DNA from: an uncultured archaeon
Lineage (GTDB): Archaea > Asgardarchaeota > Lokiarchaeia > Sigyniarchaeales > SOKP01
Reading direction: 5' to 3'
Assembly (NCBI GenBank): GCA_964508365.1
Contig: CAZDTP010000083.1
Span: 1-13,223 of the forward strand
DNA length: 13,223 nucleotides
Below the pieces are notes generated by a model, which worked only from the letters and a program-made list of their open reading frames with translations, was not told where the DNA came from and searched no databases. This document shows, one piece after another, positions 7,533 to 13,223 of the stretch (positions are counted from its first letter, which is position 1; each line of letters opens with the position of its first letter). A program made the position numbers and the translations under genes.

Positions 7533-8381
7533 TTTTCCATAATAGAATTTATTAATAAAAATTAAAACTACTACTACTCCAACACAAATGAGGGTTATAT
7601 TGCTAATTGACACCGATAAAACACCATACGTGAAAGATTCTACTAGAACTATAACACCAATCATACCGAATAAAGCGATTAGCCCGACTATCATGAACTG
7701 ACCGATGGTCTCTTTTGATTGACGATAGGATATATTGTCTTTTAAAGGACCCGAAATCACGATCTTTTTTCTCGACTTTTGCTCTAAATTCTTCCTTACG
7801 GTCTTTAAGTGCAAAATCTTTTCGAACGCGTCTTTATCAAATTGGTTTTCGATTTTTAATTGAAGGGCTTTTTCCTCGTCTTTAAACCTTTGCATCAATA
7901 TTGGGTTAAACACACTTTCGTTTTTTCGTCTTCTGGATTGGCCACCGGAAAGAAAAGAAAACATAGATACTGTACGGTTATTGTTCAAAAATTCAGAATT
8001 AATATTCTCGTGTAAATTGGGGACTTCTAATTTACGAAGCTCGTAATACGCTTCAATTACGCCTTTCACATTCTCAAGATTAATATCCCCTTGTCGTTTC
8101 TGAAACAAAAGCTCTCTCTCAGACAAATATTCTATCAATTCAGGCTTGAAGACGGAAATGTTGAAATTAAGAGAGAATATTTTATTTACAAGTTTCATGT
8201 ACTCAAAAATTTTTTCGCCCGAATCTTTCTCTCTCGATCGAAAGCCTAATCTGATTCCAATCTCGTCTACTGCGTTGCTTACGAGCAAAAAGCTCACAAC
8301 TGCTAGCTTTTTATAGTTGCCTGTTTCCTTACAGAGTTGTATTAACCGCTTTAACTTTAAATCTAATACTTGTTCGCTCAT
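7527..8381 (-). CDS. Membrane protein: helical (degenerate HEPN-like) N-terminal domain, coiled coil, two C-terminal TM helices
   Basis: Hydrophobic stretches at aa about 229-250 and 259-277. ATGA overlap with the upstream gene at 8378-8381. The N-terminal pattern YKKLAVVSFLLVSNAVDEIGIRLG...IFEYMKLVNKIF resembles HEPN helices but has no RxxxxH. Confidence 0.75.
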   Translation of the reverse strand: MSEQVLDLKLKRLIQLCKETGNYKKLAVVSFLLVSNAVDEIGIRLGFRSREKDSGEKIFEYMKLVNKIFSLNFNISVFKPELIEYLSERELLFQKRQGDINLENVKGVIEAYYELRKLEVPNLHENINSEFLNNNRTVSMFSFLSGGQSRRRKNESVFNPILMQRFKDEEKALQLKIENQFDKDAFEKILHLKTVRKNLEQKSRKKIVISGPLKDNISYRQSKETIGQFMIVGLIALFGMIGVIVLVESFTYGVLSVSISNITLICVGVVVVLIFINKFYYGKR

Positions 8382-9127
8382 TTTCTACCCCTCGTAGCTA
8401 AAAAATCTTCGTAAACTTGCTCTACTTCGTTTTTAGGCTCTTTTTTCAGCTTTAATTGAGAGGTTTCAATTGCTAGTTCTTCTTGAGCGATTAACTTGTC
8501 TAGATCGAAAATTTCTTTCGCGCTTGTAATGTACGCGTTTACAACTTTTTCAGGAGTAGATTGTTCCTTCTCGAAAGTGCTAACTACAGACTGATTGAAC
8601 AACGCATAAGGAAATGTGCATCCGAAGGAGATAACCTGAAACCAATATCCAGGACCAATCGAATAATAAAGCGTGAGACCTAATTCGCTATCGTAATAGA
8701 CCATAAAAGGATAATATAGATCGTTTGGTAATAAAAAAAACAATGGGAATATCAACACAAAAAATCCGATTAAGACAATTAACGAAAGGGTTATAAAACT
8801 AAACCTTTTTACTTTCAATATGTTATCGCCTTGTTCCACATCATGAAAAAGTGCTGAATACGATGATAAAAAAACCGCCACGATAAAAAACAGAACAATA
8901 ATAATAGGCATTGTAGCGTTTTGTGGTCTGTAAGATTCGTTAAACAAATTCCCTTCTCCAAATGGAGTGCTCCAACCGAATAAAGCATTGTAAACCCAGG
9001 ACATAATAGGTGTTCCACTATCAAGCACTCCCTCGAGGTAATACCAATCTAAAAACACTGACGCAAAGCATAAGACAAGACCTATCACAAAAATAACTTT
9101 ATATCCTGATTTAAAATTTATCGACAT
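8378..9127 (-). CDS. Four-TM membrane protein with a charged C-terminal tail
   Basis: TM segments at aa about 11-27, 74-94, 109-133 and 158-178. LDWYY and LFGW after TM1, YSIGPGYW before TM4, and an acidic/basic helical tail at aa 180-249. Confidence 0.8.
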   Translation of the reverse strand: MSINFKSGYKVIFVIGLVLCFASVFLDWYYLEGVLDSGTPIMSWVYNALFGWSTPFGEGNLFNESYRPQNATMPIIIVLFFIVAVFLSSYSALFHDVEQGDNILKVKRFSFITLSLIVLIGFFVLIFPLFFLLPNDLYYPFMVYYDSELGLTLYYSIGPGYWFQVISFGCTFPYALFNQSVVSTFEKEQSTPEKVVNAYITSAKEIFDLDKLIAQEELAIETSQLKLKKEPKNEVEQVYEDFLATRGRK

Positions 9128-9169
9128 GTCACTTTAAACTCTCTTTATTTCCTTAAAACCCAAACTCGA

Positions 9170-9192
9170 CGAGAATTTATAAAGAAAAAAAT
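9170..9192 (-). promoter_or_regulatory. Shared upstream motif, copy 1 (ATTTTTTTCTTTATAAAnnCTCG)
   Basis: 21 of 23 nt identical to 11152-11174. The TATA lies 48 nt before ATG 9127. Its T7 could also terminate the gene ending at 9225. Confidence 0.5.
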
Positions 9193-9224
9193 TACATACA
9201 GATAGAATAATAACGATTTTTAAA

Positions 9225-11129
9225 TTATGGATCCTCTAAAAATGAGATGTATTTATTACCGTAATTATTAGGAGTAATTCTCTTCGTGTTTTCTTTGGAA
9301 TCCTCAGATTCGTACATAGTAGGGAAGTGTGACTCCTTCTTTTTCATGTCCAAGCTATTTTTTAAAGTGTTTGCTTCACTTTGCTCAATAACTCCGAACT
9401 TAGCGTGTTTTCCTAAACATTCGTACCCAAACTGAGTCAATAACTCGTCTGTGAACTCATATTTAAAATCGAGAAGATCTATCTCGCTAAATTCCAAATT
9501 TTGCATATAGTAAGGGGTTTCGAACTTATCTAAGAAGTTCTTTTTAGTTTTATGAGCTCTAAAATATAAAATTATTAATAAAAAAGCGTAAATCCCCATA
9601 ACGGCATACCCGATGGTATTAAATAGCCGTAATAAGTAATACAACTCTGTGAAGTAAATAACTGCGAGCGTAACCGCGTACCCGAAGACAAGAAAGGACG
9701 CCACCCTCACTTTGGAGCAAAATTTTTCGTTTACACTTTGATATTCTTTAATCGGATTTGATCTTTTCGTCCGACTCTCAATTATTTGATATTTCTTCTC
9801 TAAGAACCTAATCAAAGAGGATAAGTTTGGATAATCGATTGCGTGGAGATTTGTGCTTCTTTGATACGGAAAAGCGATGGATTTTTCCATACTTCTGGGA
9901 GGGTTGTTGCAAAGTAGAATAGGTTCGATAACGACTTTGTATTGAGTAGCTCCGGAAGGAAAAACCCCTTTTTTGCTTCCTACGCCTTTTTCTGAATATA
10001 ATTCTACGTGTAAGTATTTTTGAAAGAATTCGCTAATATTTTGGTGATGTACTAAATCTTCGTCCACCGAATCCCTAACTTGTAATAAGTTTTGGATGGC
10101 TTGCTCTAGGTTGTTGTAAGCTCTAAGATCATTTGTATTTGCGTGCGATTTTAATTCTAATTTGGTCTCCTCAACTAACACCGTTCCTTCTTGGTCAAAC
10201 ATTTTTACAGGAAATAGTAGCAGAATCCTAAGGTCGTCCGAAACTTTCACTAACTTATACCCCAGAAAATCAAGACCAGTAGTAAATTGTTTTAATGTTT
10301 TTAATGAGCAGGGGATTTCATAGCACCCTACTGCTTTGAAAGTCTTGCTAATTTGATGGTGAATATTACGCTCAGAAAAACCTTCTTTGGAATTTTCGAA
10401 ATCGATACTTTTTGGTTCTTGGTTAGTGTAATCGACCTCCTCTCCTTGCACAGCCTCTTCTATCTCCGGTTGAGCCTCTTTTACTAGAATTTCAGGAACA
10501 ATTTCTTGCGTGGATTCTTCTTCGTATTCGATTACTTGCTCCATTTCTGGTTTCGTATCGAACTCATTATCGCCAGTAAATTGTGCTTTTTCCGACTCAA
10601 GCGCAATTTCTTCTTCTTCTTTTTCGGTTATATCGTCATAATTTTTAACTCGTTCTGATATCGGAGGATAAGACGCTGTTAATCTCGAATAATTGTACTT
10701 ATCGGAAAACCATTTTTGCTCGGTTTGCGACGGTTCAAAATCTTCCTCAACTTCCTTTTGGGATTCCTCGCTAATTTCTTCGGTTTCGTCTACGATTACT
10801 TCTGCAACTTCGTAGTTTTCAATAGAATATGGTTTGGATTCTACTTTTGTCGAATCTTGAATCCGACCATTCTCGCCTACATTGTCTTCTTTTTGAGAAG
10901 CTTCTAAACGATTTTTGGCTGCGGCAATAAATTTCGTTGCAGAAACCAACCCAATTCCGGGAGTCTCAGACAACCTTTCGGGCGTCATCTCGGCAATTTG
11001 TTGTATCGTTTCGATTTTAGCGTTGTATAATTTTTCGGCAGTGGTCGCGCCAATACCTTTGATTTTGGTTAGATCGTCTCTGGAAGGTTCACTAACCATA
11101 TTTTCATGGGTTCCGTATACATCTGTCAT
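9225..11129 (-). CDS. Tandem helix-hairpin-helix protein with acidic linker, restriction-endonuclease-like domain and two TM helices
   Basis: DLTKIKGIGATTAEKL...LSETPGIGLVSATKFIAAAK (two HhH GIG motifs, aa 18-75). Glu-rich low-complexity region at aa 76-250. Alpha/beta domain with GLDFLGYK...ILLLFPVK. TM segments at aa about 476-498 and 503-524. Confidence 0.8.
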   Translation of the reverse strand: MTDVYGTHENMVSEPSRDDLTKIKGIGATTAEKLYNAKIETIQQIAEMTPERLSETPGIGLVSATKFIAAAKNRLEASQKEDNVGENGRIQDSTKVESKPYSIENYEVAEVIVDETEEISEESQKEVEEDFEPSQTEQKWFSDKYNYSRLTASYPPISERVKNYDDITEKEEEEIALESEKAQFTGDNEFDTKPEMEQVIEYEEESTQEIVPEILVKEAQPEIEEAVQGEEVDYTNQEPKSIDFENSKEGFSERNIHHQISKTFKAVGCYEIPCSLKTLKQFTTGLDFLGYKLVKVSDDLRILLLFPVKMFDQEGTVLVEETKLELKSHANTNDLRAYNNLEQAIQNLLQVRDSVDEDLVHHQNISEFFQKYLHVELYSEKGVGSKKGVFPSGATQYKVVIEPILLCNNPPRSMEKSIAFPYQRSTNLHAIDYPNLSSLIRFLEKKYQIIESRTKRSNPIKEYQSVNEKFCSKVRVASFLVFGYAVTLAVIYFTELYYLLRLFNTIGYAVMGIYAFLLIILYFRAHKTKKNFLDKFETPYYMQNLEFSEIDLLDFKYEFTDELLTQFGYECLGKHAKFGVIEQSEANTLKNSLDMKKKESHFPTMYESEDSKENTKRITPNNYGNKYISFLEDP

Positions 11130-11151
11130 AAGAATCTCTTCTATGAAAAAT

Positions 11152-11174
11152 CGAGCGTTTATAAAGAAAAAAAT
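11152..11174 (-). promoter_or_regulatory. Shared upstream motif, copy 2; probable TATA promoter of the HhH gene
   Basis: TTTATAAA lies 28 nt before ATG 11129, a distance that fits a nearly leaderless archaeal transcript. Same flanks as the copy at 9170-9192. Confidence 0.55.
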
Positions 11175-11245
11175 GTAGGTGGATGCAAAATTCAGTGATT
11201 AGAAGAACCAAATTATTGGGGGGTTTTTGTAAAAAAAATTTTCCT

Positions 11246-11259
11246 AAAAAGTTTATAAC
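11246..11259 (+). promoter_or_regulatory. BRE-TATA promoter of the wHTH gene
   Basis: AAAAAG-TTTATAAC, 21-24 nt before the TTG/GTG starts at 11281 and 11284, which fits a leaderless mRNA. Confidence 0.55.
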
Positions 11260-11280
11260 TATTTATTTTCTTTTGATTAT

Positions 11281-11901
11281 TTGGTGATTATAACAATAAT
11301 AGAAAATAAACAACTTTCAGAAAAGGAACTTACGCAAATCTTTAACTTGTTAAAACATCCTTTACGGAGAGCAATTCTAAAACAATTATCTAAAAGTCCA
11401 CGAGCTTACTCACAAATTTTGAAGAATCTTAACATTCAAGAAAGTAGTATTTTAAATTATCATTTAAGAGAAATGGACGATTTAATGATTAAAAAAGATG
11501 TTAATGGAAAATATGAGTTAAATGAAGTTGGTGAAATTTGTTTGCAGCTTGTACTTAAAGTCAAGGAAAAGGATGATATTAATAGGTTCAATAAACTTCA
11601 ATTAGTGGTAGCCCAATTAAAAAGAGCAATAAATTTTATTCAAATAACATTCTCGGTACTTGTAATTATTCTAGTATTAGAGCTTTACTTGTTAAATATT
11701 ATTGATTTTTCTTCTTTTCTTTTTATGTTTGCTTTAGGGGCGGTTTTTAGTATCGTACTTTCAAACGGTGTTTTCAAGGTCATTGAAAAATCTGAGAGCA
11801 ATGAGATCAATAAGTTAGAAAAGAAGGAGAAATTAGGAATGTATTTTAGAAGTTTTACCATTAATATACTTGTTTTTACAATAGTCACACTATTATGGTA
11901 G
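11281..11901 (+). CDS. ArsR-like winged-helix regulator with C-terminal TM helices
   Basis: IFNLLKHPLRRAILKQL...YSQILKNLNIQESSILNYHLREM...KYELNEVG is a typical archaeal wHTH. Hydrophobic segments at aa about 117-138, 143-165 and 189-206. The exact start (TTG or GTG) is uncertain. Confidence 0.8.
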   Translation: MVIITIIENKQLSEKELTQIFNLLKHPLRRAILKQLSKSPRAYSQILKNLNIQESSILNYHLREMDDLMIKKDVNGKYELNEVGEICLQLVLKVKEKDDINRFNKLQLVVAQLKRAINFIQITFSVLVIILVLELYLLNIIDFSSFLFMFALGAVFSIVLSNGVFKVIEKSESNEINKLEKKEKLGMYFRSFTINILVFTIVTLLW

Positions 11902-11911
11902 TTAGTTATTA

Positions 11912-11925
11912 TTTTTTTAAAAAAA
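11912..11925. terminator. T7A7 palindromic, possibly bidirectional, oligo-T terminator
   Basis: TTTTTTTAAAAAAA, 10 nt after the wHTH stop codon. Confidence 0.5.
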
Positions 11926-12335
11926 GGGGACATAGACATGTTATTATACTTGAGTAGTAAATTTAAAACTTAATCTAAATAATAATGAATTTTGGAACCA
12001 CCCAAAAATGTTTGTTGTTAGTTTCGAATAACCTATACACTAATCTCGAATAGAAAAAGAAAAATTTTCGACTTAGCCATCGGTTTTTGTTTATATAGAT
12101 TCCTACTCTATCGGTACTATGGTTCTTACCAACATACTGCCAAGACATCTCTAGATTTACATTTTCCTCTGGATTTTAATATGGTCATATTCCTCTTTTT
12201 ACTTTTTAAGGTAGTTAAGCCGGTAGGAACTTTCTTTTTTTGGATTTATAATTTCCTAAGGTTTTTCCTTTATATTTGATCGAGTGTATAAGCTATTAAT
12301 CAATAACACGGCTATTTATAGAAATACCACGAGAT

Positions 12336-13223
12336 ATGTCTCTTACTAATTACACCCACTCTAAAAATACGCAAGAAGAAGAAGGAATGAAGGAAGAAAT
12401 ATTTCAATACATCCATGACGAGCGTGTCCTTCGAGTATTGTTCGAGCAAAAAATATTTAAGCTCCGGCAAATTCAGAAAGAAGCTATTCAAAATGGTTTA
12501 TTCTTTCGAAAGTCGTTCCTCGTATGTGCGCCGTCTGGGAGTGGTAAAACATTGATAGGAGAAATCAGCGCTGTAAACAATGTATTCCAGAAGTTTGGCA
12601 AGTCTATTTATTTAGTTCCCTATAAGGCTCTCGCAACCGAAAAATATGTCCACTTCAAAAAAAGCTACGAGCGGTTTGGAATTACGACCGAGTTGTCTAT
12701 AGGAGACTATGATGTGGACGATTCCCGTTTAGCAAAAGCAGATATAATTGTTACAACATACGAGAAAATTGACTCAATCCTGCGGAATTTTAGCGATAAA
12801 GAATGGATCTTCGATATTTCGACGATCATCATAGACGAGATACACATCATCGGCGAGTCAAGTCGCGGACCGAGGTTGGAATCGCTTATCGTGAGGTTAA
12901 ATGAGTTTTTACAGCAACCGCAGATAATAGGGCTTTCAGCTACCATAAAAAATCCTGAATTTTTTAACTCTTGGCTTTCTTCTCTTGGAAACGATACTAA
13001 GCTAATAATATCCAATGCACGACCGGTTCCTTTACACTATAGAATAGAAGTTACCCAGAACAAAGACTCTACTATCAAAAAACTTGTAAAGGCTACTATA
13101 GAAAACAACGGACAAATATTAGTATTCCTCAACAAAAGAAAATCGACCCAGCAGGTTGCCCAAAACCTAAAAAATCTGGTTAAAGCACAAATTTCTGAGG
13201 CTGAGTTGAAGTCGTGCAAGAAA
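12336..13223 (+). CDS. hel308: Hel308/Ski2-like SF2 helicase, N-terminal 296 aa, truncated by the window edge
   Basis: Open frame from ATG 12336 (alternative ATG 12387 with GAAGGA upstream) to the window end. Q motif LRQIQKEAI, Walker A APSGSGKT (from 12528), YLVPYKALATEKY, IGDYD, IIVTTYEKIDS, DEIH (from 12834), RGPRLE, GLSAT, RPVPL, GQILVF. Could be a paralogue rather than the orthologue. Confidence 0.9.
   Translation, partial: MSLTNYTHSKNTQEEEGMKEEIFQYIHDERVLRVLFEQKIFKLRQIQKEAIQNGLFFRKSFLVCAPSGSGKTLIGEISAVNNVFQKFGKSIYLVPYKALATEKYVHFKKSYERFGITTELSIGDYDVDDSRLAKADIIVTTYEKIDSILRNFSDKEWIFDISTIIIDEIHIIGESSRGPRLESLIVRLNEFLQQPQIIGLSATIKNPEFFNSWLSSLGNDTKLIISNARPVPLHYRIEVTQNKDSTIKKLVKATIENNGQILVFLNKRKSTQQVAQNLKNLVKAQISEAELKSCKK

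Noticed and set aside
6551-7565. + strand ORFs 6551-6790 and 7329-7565
   Set aside because: Antisense shadows of the 1270-aa gene.
8815-9024. 69-aa - strand ORF
   Set aside because: Alternative frame nested inside the 4-TM gene; no independent support.
10380-10904. TTC/TCT-rich short repeats
   Set aside because: Explained by Glu/Lys codons of the acidic linker; no repeat-spacer structure, so not a CRISPR array.
10716-11178. + strand ORFs 10716-10907 and 10915-11178
   Set aside because: Antisense to the HhH gene.
11685-11939. 84-aa - strand ORF
   Set aside because: Antisense to the wHTH-TM gene.
12707-13219. - strand ORFs 12707-13015 and 13037-13219
   Set aside because: Antisense to the helicase, which has intact SF2 motifs on the + strand.

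Overview
AT-rich archaeal-type DNA. The longin-like gene, GGTGA/AGGAG ribosome sites, TATA/oligo-T signals and Hel308-type helicase fit an Asgard (Lokiarchaeia-like) genome, but the taxon is my inference. The left flank carries a class I SAM methyltransferase (-), a possible 56-aa small ORF, a longin-like protein and a ThiF/E1-like adenylyltransferase (+). The core (2816-11129, - strand) is five co-oriented genes, the last four of them translationally coupled. In order they are: (1) a tandem helix-hairpin-helix protein with an acidic linker, a nuclease-fold-like domain and 2 TM; (2) a 4-TM protein with a claudin-like layout; (3) a 2-TM protein with a degenerate HEPN-like head; (4) a 1270-aa membrane-anchored VirB4/HerA-fold protein with a duplicated N-terminal module and no intact Walker A or B; (5) a soluble HEPN-like protein with an intact RxxxxH motif. 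I cannot match this gene set to a described system, and it is the best candidate for a novel one (DNA handling, defence or cell contact at the membrane). A divergent membrane-tethered wHTH regulator follows, then a Hel308/Ski2-like helicase that runs off the right edge and is missing from the ORF track. I saw no rRNA, tRNA, CRISPR array or transposase. All domain calls are motif recognition by eye; no searches were run.
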